From positions 1 to 63,928 of the forward strand of contig JAUCBJ010009159.1 of assembly GCA_032718475.1 (NCBI GenBank): 63,928 nt of DNA, read 5' to 3'. This document shows, in pieces, positions 50,882 through 63,928 of the stretch; position 1 is the stretch's first letter; each line of letters starts with the position of its first letter. A model generated the notes under the pieces. It saw only the letters and a program-made list of their open reading frames with translations. It was not told the DNA's origin and searched no databases. The position numbers and the translations under genes were made by a program. This DNA is from Nemertoderma westbladi (lineage: Eukaryota; Animalia; Xenacoelomorpha).

Positions 50882-53800
50882 TGTAAAAGCTTTTGTGGGA
50901 TAACTGATACGTTTGCCTTTGCTGGCCAGTTCCCCCCCGGTCGCTAGAATACTCTAAAAGGGATTTATAACTAAAATAGTGCAAGCTACCAGCTTATTGG
51001 CTGATGTGCTGTACGGAGGTATCTGGGCTCAGTTTAATCGGCCAACCAGCTTAGGGAGGTTGCCTCAGCCCTGCTGTCCGTATCGGCCAATAGAATTTGA
51101 GTGGGCGTTGATTTCGACCTATCCCAGAGCTACTGAACTGAATTTCCTATCTCTATGCTCATCCTCTGTGTTGGACGGGAGCTTCGTGGAATAAGGGTAG
51201 TTGGTATCCTCGTATAGTGATTCTAGTCATATGATTCTTCATATGATTCTGTTGTTGTGTTCCCATTTTTCGCCATAACACCGGCTTTTGGGAAGAACTC
51301 CAGTAAAACTGCTTAAATTATCGAAAGTATAACTGTTACCTCACTTAACTAACGAACTTAACTAGTCTCAATCACTTAATTTAACTGCACTAATCATATT
51401 GTTTGTACTGTTATTTACCGTCAGTTATTAATTGTATCTATTTGTTGATGAAATATTGCCCTTTGGAGAATACGGATAAATCACCCAAATTTCCCAATTT
51501 TCTTGATACACTACAGGTTAGAGAGACAGGCTATATATAACAATTGCGATTTATATTAATGTGGTGTGTATTGAATCTAATGTTATTTAGCAGACCCTAC
51601 ATGAGTCAATTGCTGCTCTCTTTATGTGTGATCAAATATACTGACGGTCGGCAGAATAGTGTGCATGATTGTGATTGGTAACAAAGTATTTCCTAAAGAA
51701 TACGCCTTATACTTTAATCATAAGCGGTATCGTTGCGTTTAGTATAAGTCCTAGTTCTGTTTAAATAGATAGAGCGCCACGTCCTAAAGGAACTGTTAAT
51801 ATTTCCCGAAAGCCAATAATATCTGTCAGAAATTAATTATTAACGATCTATCGAATAATACAGTAGGTTTACACTGCAACCTTACACTGCAATAATAAAA
51901 TTTAAGCATCCGAATTCAGCCTCCTGGGTGTAGATCCATCGGGTGAATGATCGCGCATGGGCTGACTTCGGCTAATGTTTTGTGTATTAGCATAAAATAT
52001 TGTCGTATGCTAAAGGTGTTTTAATTAACTAAAAGACATATAAATTTTGGCAGGTTAAACTGCTAAAGGTCTTCAAAAGCGCGAACAGTAACAGTTACGA
52101 TCTTATTGCAGTAAGCAATAAGGTTGCAAAATACCGTAGTGACTGGTAAACCTGAACCGGTACTTCTGTAGGTCAGTAGGCCTAACTGCCAGAACCGGTA
52201 CTTCTGTAGGTCTGTAGGCCCAACTGTCCTAACCGGTATTTCCAGTATAAGTACATTAGTATTATTCGATTTTGATTATTGTATACCGGTAGGTCTCGAT
52301 ATTAAATCGGGGACGCCTGGTTTTTATTGGGATTTTACTTAGGTCTATTTCTGTCAGTTTTATTTCCTAGTAAGTTAATATTGAGCAGAAGGCGTGAGAC
52401 CCTGCTCAGATTGTTCAGATAATTGTAGGCTGAGCTGCTGTCTGACTGTTGTTGGGTTTGGAGAGATTACGGCGTGTGTAGAGTTTGTCTGATAAAGTGC
52501 CGTTAGTAAGTTGGGGCAGCCATATGCTGTAAGGTCAATCCCCTCTTAAAGAATAAGTCGTACTACCGTGTTAGAACGCATACTAACTAACAGTTTCAGA
52601 ATCTGCATATACTGTAGTTTATTTAGGCTTGATCGTGGTCTGCCGGCATTTTTTGGCCTGTGTTTGTTTGTGTAGTCTGTTCAGGTACCGTAATAGTTAT
52701 TACTCAAATATTTTGTAGGCTGGATTGTTGTCTAGCTATTCTTAGGCCTGAAGGGATTGCTGCGTGTGTAGAGTTTGTCTGATAAAGTGCCGTTAGTGAG
52801 TTGGGGCAGCCATATGCTGTAAGGTCAATCCCCTCTTAAAGAATAAGTCGTACTACCGTGTTAGAACGCATACTAACTAACAGTTTCAGAATCTGCACAT
52901 ACTGTAGTTTGTTTAGGCTTGATAGTAGTCTGCCAGCGTTTGGTTTGTATTTTTGTTTGAGTATTCTGTACGGGTAGCGTAATATTTATTATTCAGAGTT
53001 TATGCGATTATTCGCAACATTCATGTCCCCAAGTTTATCCCTACAGTAATTGTGCTTGTTATACATACCGTTATAGTTAAATTAACCCCGGTACTACACG
53101 GGCTGCTTGGCGTAGGACAAGACTGGTGACTTTGTGCTCTGGTCACTCCAGCAGATGCCGTGGTTCCTTTAACTGTTCAAGTATATTTAACTACTGATTA
53201 TTTGTTGTACCGGTACTTGTACCTAATTTAGGGTTTAGCGTACAGTGCTTCCGAGAGTAATTAGTGTGTAGACAGTATATTTGTGTTGTAAAGTGGTTGA
53301 TAGGCACATTTGTTAGCTCTATTAACTTCTGGGTAGGAACACTCCGTGATACATAACGTAGTACCTATAGCGATACGGTTATAGGTCGTCAGGCGGTGGT
53401 ATTTTCCTATCTGGACAGTGCAATATATTTACTACTACTTATTATTTCAAATACCGTAGTACCCTGTCCGTTGTAATAACCAGAAATCTGACCCTTTGTT
53501 AGGCTGGTTTGTAGTTTCCCTGTAAAATTACCCTAAAATTTCGTACGTAATATTTTGTTGTGTTTTAATTAGAGAATTAATCTCACCCTTATCGTAAGTA
53601 ATTTGTAGTATTAGAATTATCAGTTTTAGTGTCTCAATAAGTAACACTTCACTGAGAGCGTACAGCTTCTGTGTAGTGACTCCCCCAGAAATAATAACAT
53701 TTATTTCAAATATTGACAAAACCCCTTTTAAACGGGTATATATCTATTATAAATCAACTCAAACGATTTATAAATAGTAGGCCTGCCATACAACAACTAG

Positions 53801-56800
53801 GTCTCAATATCAGTTGGACTACTGCTTAAATAACGGTAATAAAGTAAGTTAAAGTAACCAAGTAACCCTAAAATATTCAGAAATTCAATTATTCTAAAAA
53901 ATAATTGACATACCGGTACTTACCATAGGCTTATTATATTTATTTCTATAAATTTGAGCTGAAATCATACCGGTATTCTGTAATTAATTCTAGTTCATAA
54001 TTATACTTATATATACTATAAGTGTCAGCTGTATACCGGTATCCACGATAGGCCTATTATATATTATATATATTGGTGCTAAAATTATATACCGGTACTC
54101 TGTGACAAATCTAGTCTGTAATAATAATTATATATACTATAAGCATACCGGTATTCTAATATATTGTATATATATCACGTTACACCGAGTAACGGTACTG
54201 GTAATAAATCGCTAGGCTTGCGGTCATACTGAATTACCAGACTTGCTTTAACTGAAACTATAGTAGTAGACATTCAACTGTATAGCTAAACATGTCTGAC
54301 ACTCAGCAAAACCTTTCAGACAGTCTGATCGATACAACTATCTGTGACTCAGATAGGAGTGTGGAGCGATTAAGAAAGGAGTTCAGCTCACCTCCTACTG
54401 CAAAAAAGGTCATCCCTCCAGTAGTATCAGACCCTAGGCTAATCCACCATAGGTCCATCATAGGCACTCGGGCACAGGTAAAACGGAACCAAGAGGCAGT
54501 TGTCCCATCGCAGCAACATCTTGGTCAAGAACCTACTTCCCAGCGACCCGATAGCTCCAGCAGTTCGGATACTGTAGAGCTGACCCCCGAACGCGGAGTG
54601 CAGATGGCTGCTACAGTCTACTCGGACCCCCTTCTTACCCTTCCTGCTGCAGTGCTAACTACTATATTCATTGCGGTGGAGGAACATCAAGCCGACTGGG
54701 CGAGGAATAAGCGAGCGACCCAAGATAATTATGCGGGATACGCCAGGGAAGAATTAATGTCTATTGTCGAGTCACAATGGAACTTTCCCGGACTCGGACT
54801 CCCGTTGGATCTGTCCGAAGCTACTTGGGAAGATATACACAGGATGGGAGTGGCAAAAGATACAATGGATCCAGCTGTTTGGAAGAGGTCGGCAGCAGGA
54901 TATGTGCAGGGATTCTTCGGCTCCTTGGAGCGATTGGAAGAACAACTGTTTAGACAACCTCAAGGACCTCAAGAGCAGGAAGAGCTGCTATACCAAATAT
55001 GCGAAAGAACCCTACGCATACGACTAATCCTCTCAGCCTTTGAGGAAACTTCCAAAAGAAGACAGGACACGTCGCTGCAGGTCGCTGTCAAAACTTGGTT
55101 ACATCGGGTAGATCTCAAAGTACAGGAAACGGCCCAGTGGAAATCCCAGCTGGCTGAGAGATCAACCTATGAAGAACAAACTGATGTCACACTTTCTCAA
55201 GCGGAAAGCGAAGAGACCGCCGAGAAACCGCGAACTAGAGACGCTATCGACATTTATTTGTCCGACTATCAGCGTTTCCTAGGAGACGAAGAGTTGAGGA
55301 GACGGCTGTCTGGACTTTCCCCTAATAGTGAAGGAACTAAGCTTGTGTTGGACTCAATCGATGCCGAAATGTTAGCTGCAAACCAAGCTGAATGTGATGA
55401 AAAACTCCGCCTCACTAGAGTCTGAGAAGAACAAGTAAAGAAAGAATGGATAGAGAAAAGAAAGGTGGCAGCAGCAGAGGCGGCAGAAGCAGAAGCCGAA
55501 AGAAAGTCGGCAAAAGCAGAAGCCGAAAGAAAGTCGGCAGAAGCAAAAGCAGAAGCCGAAAGAAAGGCGGCAGAAGCAGAAGCAGAAGCCGAAAGAAAGG
55601 CGGCAGAAGCAGAAGCAGAAGCCGAAAGAAAGGCGGCAGAAGCAGAAGCAGAAGCCGAAAGAAAGGCTGCAGAAGCAGAAGCCGAAAGAAAAGCAGCAGT
55701 GGCAGAAGCAGAACGTAGAGCTTCTGAAGAGACTATCCAATTGGAGTTGGAAAATCTGCAAGAGACGCAAGACAGTATAAATAAACAGTTTACTGCTAAT
55801 CAAATGCAGATGATGAGAAAATCTACTCCCAAGCGCCAGGGATACACATCCTCGGAGGAAGGCGATACTACCGATCCTGAAGGCGGGGGAAATAGATCTC
55901 ATCTAAGTAGGCGTAGAAAAACATCTTACCGTCGCAAATTGCCTGATTTGCCCCCAGCTGTTAGAAGACAGCTAGCTAGCACAGACTTGAGTAGTATAGA
56001 ACCTACAGCCCAAAGTATTAAGGTCCAAAGACTCTCTACAATAGTTGATGAGCCTGAGATAATTAGGCCTGTCGTTCCCAAAGTCACTTCTGTGTTAGAG
56101 ACCCCTGTACTTCCAGAGCTTAACTCTAAATTCCCTTTACATAGTACTACACTGCCTGTACCCGGTGGAACAGTCCAAGAGAATATCCCTGTCCAGATAG
56201 CAGAGAGAGAAATTAAAAATTTGTCTCCCGTCGTCCCGCGTCAGCCCGCTACTATGTTGGCGACTCCCGCTTCGGCGGTTGAGTGGGTGGAAGAGGGACG
56301 GCGGGGGATGAATCTCCTGCTAGGACAGATGCAGGAGACTGTCCACCAACTTAAGGGAACAGTGAGGGAAGGTAGAGCAGAGTTGCAAGAAGTGCAGCAA
56401 AGTATCGCGCTAGAACGCGACAAATTAGTCAATATACAAAAGGGCATACCAATACCCCCTGTAACATTGTGTCAGCCTGTTAGGTCTGAAGTATTACATG
56501 CGCAAGGTGTGGAGCCTACACGCATCTATACTGCTAGTGAAGTTGAAACTCCTATAGCAAACCCTATTAAGGGTGATTATAGACCTGTTATTAATGATAT
56601 TCCCTATAGACCTGATAATGATCCGAGAAATTTATATACCGATAATTCGATATTAAATAACACGATGGCCCAAGAAAGCTTTACGCGTCAGATAGCTAGA
56701 ACAGAAGCCTGCCAAGCGGTCAAAGTGGGAGAGATCGTCAAATTCAATGGAGATGAGATGAAATGGTTACCTTTCAACGAATATTATAAAGATAGCATAC

Positions 56801-59800
56801 AGAACTCTGTACTATCTAACGGAGAGAAACTTAGATTCCTCATCAAGTGTTTGGAAGGACCTCCCAAGTTAATGGCGTTAAAGTTTATTGGACATCCAGA
56901 AGGATTAAGACAAGTTTGGGATACATTAAACATCAGGTATGGTAACAAGGATAACATAGCTAAGTATTTGTATGCAAAATTAGTAGCCCCCCGACACTTC
57001 CTTAGTAGTGGGATTATAGAGTTTTCCGATGAAATTCAAGAGATCTGTAGACAACTGGACTGGTTAGGTAAGTCGCATGAATATCAGAGTTCCATGGTTA
57101 TTGGAGCCGTAGTCTCTACTTTACCAAAGGGTGGAGTATGTACACGCTGGGACAAGAAAGTGTTGTACATGAATGAACAACAACGACGAAGTCCTACCAT
57201 GGCTGATCTCATGTCTTTCTTAGATGGTGAAGTCAAACTACAACTCATCAGGCAGTCCAGAGAGAAAACATCGGAAAATAAGGTAAGTGAGAAACCCACT
57301 TCTAGGAGAAGAGTAACACCGGTGTGTTACACTGACGACGGCGAAAGCCAAGCTTCTCAAGAAGAGGACAGCGGGAAAGATACAGACCGATCTTATTATG
57401 TTGACAAAACCTCAAAGGACGTAAGTAAATACAAGGCTCGAAACAACGATAGGAGAGAACAGGTTGCCAAGACCCCTCCTCAGTCTCCTAACAGAATGCA
57501 CCGAAGAAAACCCGAAGAAAAAACTAGAGTGCATCAAGTTAATCAAGGTAAAGTGAGTAACATCAAACCTAACTGTGCGCTGTGCGACGGGACCCACCAT
57601 TTGAGTGCGTGTGCTGAATTTCTAAAGAAATCCCTTGTAGACAGACGTACAGTCGTGTGGGACAAGCGGTTATGCTATAATTGCCTCAGACCAGGACATC
57701 AACGGCGAACCTGTTACTCAGACATAAAGTGTGCAAAGTGTGGCGCGAAACATCACATCTTGTTACACAGTGAGTTCGAACGAGACAAACAGAGTCAGGT
57801 AAGTGAGCACGAACTACATGTCCAATTTAGTGACGTAAATGACACGGATCAAGAGTCTGAGATGGAAGGATTCTATACTGACGAATTCTCCGACGCCAAT
57901 GAATCCTGTTATCTAATAAACACCGTGGTGTATCGAGCACTTACTTACGAAAAGGACATCAACGATGAGTTTCCCCAAACTACTTTCGCCAAGCAACCAT
58001 CTTGGAAAGCTCCAGCTTCCAACGTAGGAATCAGAGAATTTCCTGTAGTTCAGGTAAGAGTTCACGGTCTTAACAAAAGCTACATAGTGAACGCCCTCCT
58101 TGACTCCGGCAGCACAGGAACATTCATCGATCAAGAACTAGCCGAAGATATCTTTGCTGGACAACCCAAGTTCCGGACTAAATTGAATATGTCAGGAATT
58201 ATGCAGGTTTGGAAATCTACCCTAACGGCAGATTACTATGTAGGTGTGTTGTCCACCCCCCAGGATAAGTTAGGAACACAAGGTATAAGGTCAGTAAAAA
58301 TGGTGGCTATAAAGAACTTTGCTACTACTCAAGCAGACCTTTATAATTGGGACGAAGATGAGAGCGTCCAACATCTTAAGATACCTCGATTCCAGACAGA
58401 TTATCCTGGAGTGCAAATACTTATCGGCCAAAACGCGCACGAGGCGCTCGAAACATTAGAGAAACGGCCTGCTCAACCACAACCACTGCAAACCTATGCG
58501 GTAAGAACTAGAGTAGGTTGGTACTTTACTGGCCCTTCCCGTAGAACTCTCGAAGAGAGAATGCCACTCGAACAAATATATCAAGTAAACGATTGGGAAG
58601 TGGAAAGCAGTGAGGTGGACGAACTAACTGAGGGAACACCATACTCCTCAGATAATGACGACATCTACCAACTCTTCGAAGAAGAGAACACAATTGACCT
58701 ACTTACAGAGAATCAAACTTGGAAAAACCAAACGAACCTATGTCAACTGATTCGCCCAACGGAATCCATTATTTATAATGACGAACTTAATGACGAGGTA
58801 GAGCGCTACAACGCTCGAACTCGGGACGAACTCGCCGTACGATTCTTTACCCAAGAATTAGTAGAACCCAATTCATACGACAAAGCCCTGTCGATAGAAG
58901 AAGAAAGAGCCAAGCAAATCCAGGAAACAACCACACGTTTTTTAAAAGATCAAGGTAGATATGAAATCGGACTACCCTTCCGAAAACGTGAACCCAGATT
59001 TATAAATAACAGACCCTTGGCTGAGAAAAGAATCAATCAATTACATCGACGTCTTACAGCAAACGCTTCAGCTAAGGAAATGTACCAAACTCAGTTGAAG
59101 AAATTTATCACAAAGGGATATGCGGAGCGAGTACTGGAAGGAACTCCAATAACTGAAAGGACTTATTATCTAACACATCATTATGTTCCCAAACCCGGTA
59201 AACCCCATGAAGTACGGGTCGTATTTGATGGCTCCGCCCTATATATGGGCCAATCCCTTAATTCTGAGTTGTTACCAGGACCCAACTTGCTTCAATCTTT
59301 GTTGGGAATACTGTTAAGATTAAGACAATATTCCATCGCGTTCGCCTCCGATATAGAAGGAATGTTCCTACAAGTCAAGGCGTTGGATCGTGATAGAGAC
59401 AGCCTAAGATTCCTGTGGTGGCCTGAAGGAGATCTCAACCAGAAACCGGTAGAGTACTGGATGACCATCCAGGCTTTTGGGATTATATCAAGCCCTTCAA
59501 ACGCCTGCTCAGTGGTTCGTACCACTGCGGATGACAACCGGGATGCCTTCTCCAAAGAGGTGATAGATAACATCAAACGAGACATATACATGGACGACAA
59601 TTTAAAGTCCCTTCCATCAGTAAAGGAAGCCATTGATGTCGCGAAAGGAACGGTTGAGTGTTTGAAAAGAGGTGGATTTCGATTGACGAAGTTCACCAGC
59701 AACTCCCGTGAGTTTCTGGAAGCAATATCTGTAGAAGACCGGGGATCAAAAGATCTCGACTTAATACATGACGATCTTCCGGAAACCAAGACGCTTGGCT

Positions 59801-61283
59801 TGAAGTGGGACACAGAAAGAGATATCCTGTTTTTTCAGTTAAAACAGCGAGATAATCCAGTTCGGACCAAACGGATTTGTTTAAGTATTCTGAGCACTTA
59901 TTTCGATCCCTTGGGATTTATTAGCCCAGTTATATTGATTGCTCGGAGTTTAGTACAACAAATGTGGCTTGAAAACCACTCGTGGGACGATCCACTCAAG
60001 GGAGAACTATTAAGGAAATGGATGAAATGGGAGGATTCGCTACCTGCCATCGAGAACTTTATAATTTCTCGTTCATATTTTGGTCATGTTCTCCCTACGT
60101 ATTCCTATCAACTCCATGTATTTGGAGATGCCAGCGATATGGGAATCGGTATAGTAGCATACCTGCGAGTCGAAACTCTGGATGGAATCAAAGTTGCCTT
60201 GGTTACCTCTAAGGCATTGATTAACAACAAGCTTAAGGTTCCTCGGGCGGAGTTAAAAGCAGCTTTATACGCTACAGCTATCGGCCGGAATGTAACAGAA
60301 CAGATCGATTATCCACTGGAGAAAACTGTTTATTGGACCGACGCTTTACTTGTGTTGGAGTATATAACGAATGAAGTCTGTCAGTTCAGCGTCTTTGTTA
60401 CTAACAGAGTGGCCATTATTCTTAGTCGCACAATGATAGATCAATGGAGACATTGCCCTGGTACGATTAACCCAGCTGACATCGCCTCCAGAGGAGCAAC
60501 TCCACAGGAACTGATAGATACCCCTGACTGGTTGGGTGGACCCGACTTCCTGAGCAAGGAAGAGGATGAATGGCCTCCTCACCTTACTACGGCTGAGATT
60601 AGACAAGCCAAGGGAGCGGAGAAAGTCAAACCCAAAATTCGGACAAGTAAATCGAAGTTATTTAAACCAACAATCGATATATCTGTATTACATACTGCCG
60701 AAAACGATACTTCGGATCCACAATCCCTCGCCACAAACAAATCTGTTGTGGAAATTAGAGACAGAGATTGGAAATCTGGGATACCAGACGTCTCGCAAGG
60801 AATCTCACCTCTGCTGCAGAGAGCACTGCATCATTACAGTTCCTGGAATCGTCTCTGTAAAGCCGTCACATACTTAAAGAGATGTTTTCACCATCACTAC
60901 TCCAGGACGCAGACTACTAGTGATCCTGCTCCAGTGACATCTGCGCAAGTTCATGTTATTAAAGATCTACCTAAGTACAAGGTATCAGACCGGTTTCTAA
61001 AGGAGAAGATCAGCTACCAGGAGCATGAAGAAACTAATAAGCAGCTACTGAGACTCCTGCAATGCTATGAGGATTCCGATAGGTATTTTCTGCTATTAAG
61101 AAATCCGCAGATGCGCTTAAGGGATCGCTTCTCTAGCACAATGATAGATGGGTTAATACGTGTTGGAGGAAGACTTACCAACGCTCCATTATCCTTTGAT
61201 ACTAAATTCCCTATACTCATTAGTAATCTTGAAGTACAAATCAAGATGATTGTAGATGTTCACAGTAAACTGTATCATGCTGG
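50882..61283 (+). mobile_element. BEL/Pao LTR retrotransposon, copy 2 (related subfamily, truncated at the start of integrase)
   Basis: Starts TGTAAAAGCTTTT like copy 1; homologous leader and gag-pol; homology ends at ..KLYHAG. Confidence 0.95.
54292..61283 (+). pseudogene. BEL/Pao gag-pol: one frame with a single internal TGA (55423-55425), integrase missing
   Basis: ORFs 54292-55425 and 55465-61374 are in the same frame; three Zn knuckles, LLDSGS, YMDD, FGDAS. Confidence 0.95.
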
Positions 61284-61840
61284 TACCCAAGGAGGTGAGG
61301 TCTCTATAGGGGTGCCAGCAACAGGCGGTGGCGGGCTCGTGAGGGTCTGGGGGCACGTTAAATCTTTGATATAGTGCAGGGGAGTTACTGAAGGCCCTCG
61401 TGTCTTGCGAACCATGAATTAACATGGTGCCGTGGTACCGTCTAGTCGGCCTGTTGCCGTACTGCCAGTCCTGTACACAGTAGGGGTGGTGAGTAGTATG
61501 TTAAACAACGTGATTGAGACAGCGTCTGCCATAGTCTACCATGTTAAAGAATTTGCCGAACGGCTCTTGCCCCGCCTACTTACTATGATTACTATTGTTG
61601 CCCCACCCACTTACTATGGTTACCATGGTTACCATTGTGCATATGTAACATATGTCACCGCTGTGTATATATGTGACATACGCGGTATAAGACCAGTTTG
61701 CAGGCGGAAGTAATTTAATTAATTCGTGTCTACCGGTCGGCGTTTGACCTTGAACCGCAATAGGTAAAACCCAATATAGTAAGTGGGTTGCAGACGTTTG
61801 TTGTTATAAAAGTCTTTAACATGATTTGATTATTCTACCT

Positions 61841-62418
61841 ATGGGGCGAGCCATGAAGTGAGTGATAGCGCCGAAGTGTGAGTGATAGCGCCGAAGTAAG
61901 GTTATGACGCAACAACTAAAAAAGGTAAATAAACACAGACTTATGGGGGCGAGCCGTGAAGTGAGTTCTTCCTCACCCACAACATCATTACCACTACCAC
62001 CATCACCCGACGTCCCCTTCATTCCTTTCCAACATTGAAAAAATGGGGCGAGCCGTGAAGTGAGTATAAGGTTATAGTATTTATAATATTATTTTAATTT
62101 GATTATTCTACCTATGGGGCAAGCCATGAAGTGAGTGATAGCATCGAAGTAAGGTTATTGTATTCAACTAATGACAGCCACCAATATTACAATTCTATAG
62201 TTATTGCTAAGCAACTAGTTGTGGGGCGAGCCGTGAAGTGATTATTGTTATTATAATAATTTTCGAAATTATTACTTACATTAATTTTCGGTAGGTGGTG
62301 GTGGTATATAGGCGCTATCGGTGAGTTGTCTTATCGCCGTCCGATGCCAACATAAGTTTTAATTGCCAATAATTCTGTTATACAGTGATTTGATGAAAAA
62401 ATAGGTCGAGCCATGAAT
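61841..62418 (+). repeat. Six dispersed ~22-bp repeats TGGGGCGAGCC(A/G)TGAAGTGAGT
   Basis: Copies at ~61841, 61943, 62043, 62114, 62221 and a degenerate one at 62402. Confidence 0.9.
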
Positions 62419-62553
62419 CGAACGAAGCCTTAGAATATGGGTACCTACGCGGCGCGGAGTGAGCAAAGCCTTTAGCGTGTGGGTACTATTGTTGAATTTT
62501 GCTAATTATTTATTGTTATTATATTAATTGTTGAAATTAAATTATTACTTACA

Positions 62554-62979
62554 TTAATGTTGGGTGGTAGGTGGCGTCCTTGTTTCCCCCACCATTCTTG
62601 GGGGGCAGGCACAAGTTGGGCGGACTACCCCACCAACAATTCTACCTGGTTCTGCAGGGACTACCCCTTCTTGCGGCGGATCCGGGGGGAACCACGGCGA
62701 TAAGCCACGACCACGCCCTCGGGGCCGCTTATTTGGAAATACCATGGCAATAGGCCTAAGAGGCCTACCAATCGCCGGATAAAAATTGATAGGCCTATAC
62801 AACGCTGCCATCGGCGTATTAGGCCTTCTAAGGGGTTCAATGGTACCCCCGCGACTCCCCACACCGTAAGTTTGGGGCACCCTACCGGAAACAGGTATTT
62901 GTTGGATGGCGGCTGGATGGACGGGGTTGTTGTCGGTGGCAACCTCCGAGACTGATTTATTATCACTGCCTGTAGCCAT
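62554..62979 (-). CDS. Pro/Arg-rich hypothetical protein (141 aa)
   Basis: ATG-initiated GC-rich ORF with sharp AT-rich flanks inside the putative Polinton. Confidence 0.5.
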   Translation of the reverse strand: MATGSDNKSVSEVATDNNPVHPAAIQQIPVSGRVPQTYGVGSRGGTIEPLRRPNTPMAALYRPINFYPAIGRPLRPIAMVFPNKRPRGRGRGLSPWFPPDPPQEGVVPAEPGRIVGGVVRPTCACPPRMVGETRTPPTTQH

Positions 62980-63513
62980 TATATGTTTTTGTTTATAATA
63001 ATTTAATAATGTAACTTTATAATAATTTAATAATGTAATTAATAATAAAGTGAATTCGGTATCGCTATTCCAGATGTTAATATAGTAAATAAACTATAAC
63101 AGAACTAGCTAATTATCTACGCTTCAGCTTCGTATCTATATATGGTTTATTTCTTTTGTGAAACCAGTCACATATGCGAGTAAATTGAACCCAGACCTTT
63201 GATTGTCGTTAGAGCGTTTAATTATTGTCTAATGTGCGTAGCGTGGATTGAGATTCTGGCCTTTGTGTTAACTGCGTAGGTTGGGCGGCAGATGCTTGTT
63301 ATATAACGGAAAGAGTTGGGTCCCAATGTGCTCTATACCAATTATTACGGTGTGAAGACCCCAACCTGCGTCACTTGTCGTGTCCCATATATTCATTAAA
63401 AATATTGCTATTACTATATACCCAAGAAATAAATATTTATTATTAATTAATATTAGCGCTAATAATATGTTCACGCACCGCAATTGAATATACCCATAAC
63501 CGAAATAAATAAA

Positions 63514-63928
63514 TTATTTTATTAATGAAAGTGTCCACAGTAATAACAATAAATCATTGTACCGCAAATTAGAGGTGAATATATTCATTGCTCCAGGATT
63601 TTTCGGCACCTCGGTTAAATAATACAGACAAAATAGACCACACTGAGTCGATTGCGGCGCTTGAAATATTTTACGATTCCAAGTATGCCTTTGGGTATAT
63701 TTATGCAACCAATATGATATTTTTGGTGGAGGAGCTTTACCAAACGAATCTAAATAATAAGCAATTCTCTTAACCACGCGTACGCAAGACCAGTGTTGCC
63801 CTGGTAGGCCTATACGTTGATTATTAATAATAAATGAATAATTTTGTTTATGCTTATTTTTTTTTTTTGCATGTATTAGGTGTAATTGGTCGATTGCGTA
63901 AACACCAATGTATTCGGGCCCCACCGGG
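63514..63928 (-). CDS. Adenain-like (Polinton PRO) cysteine protease; N-terminus probably outside the window
   Basis: IGVYAID..IINN..PGQHW..YYLDSFG..QAPQSTQCGLFCLYYL (His/Asp/Gln/Cys catalytic pattern). Confidence 0.9.
   Translation of the reverse strand, partial: PVGPEYIGVYAIDQLHLIHAKKKNKHKQNYSFIINNQRIGLPGQHWSCVRVVKRIAYYLDSFGKAPPPKISYWLHKYTQRHTWNRKIFQAPQSTQCGLFCLYYLTEVPKNPGAMNIFTSNLRYNDLLLLLWTLSLIK

Larger units (their letters stand above)
61492..63928. mobile_element. Probable terminal part of a Polinton/Maverick (adintovirus-like) element
   Basis: AGTAGT start at 61492, subterminal repeats, intronless AT-flanked small ORFs and an adenain-like protease. Confidence 0.65.

Noticed and set aside
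51915-51935. HDV-like ribozyme (CAGCCTCCT)
   Set aside because: P3/P1 pairing is absent and the motif is not kept in copy 1.
61841-62418. CRISPR-like repeat-spacer array
   Set aside because: Irregular spacing, partly repeated spacers, no cas genes, eukaryotic context.

Overview
Repeat-rich, AT-rich animal (probably invertebrate) genomic scaffold with one 100-N gap; not prokaryotic. It holds two related BEL/Pao LTR retrotransposons: a decayed near-full copy on - (3102-18413) and a 3'-truncated copy on + (50882-61283). A nested stack lies at 33376-41900: a LINE split by a TIR element with an ATTT target duplication, containing a second repeat element and a CRE-clade RT/RLE retrotransposon whose RT carries an in-frame ~1.1 kb 21-bp minisatellite. 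Also present: five exons of a Glis1/3-type zinc-finger gene on - with a nonsense codon in ZF3, many LINE fragments, a near-identical 4.2 kb duplication ending at the gap, and the probable end of a Polinton/Maverick with an adenain-like protease. The best candidates for novelty are the repeat-expanded CRE RT and the BEL element's extra 3' ORF and covarying RNA structures. All family calls come from motif recognition by eye; no searches were run.
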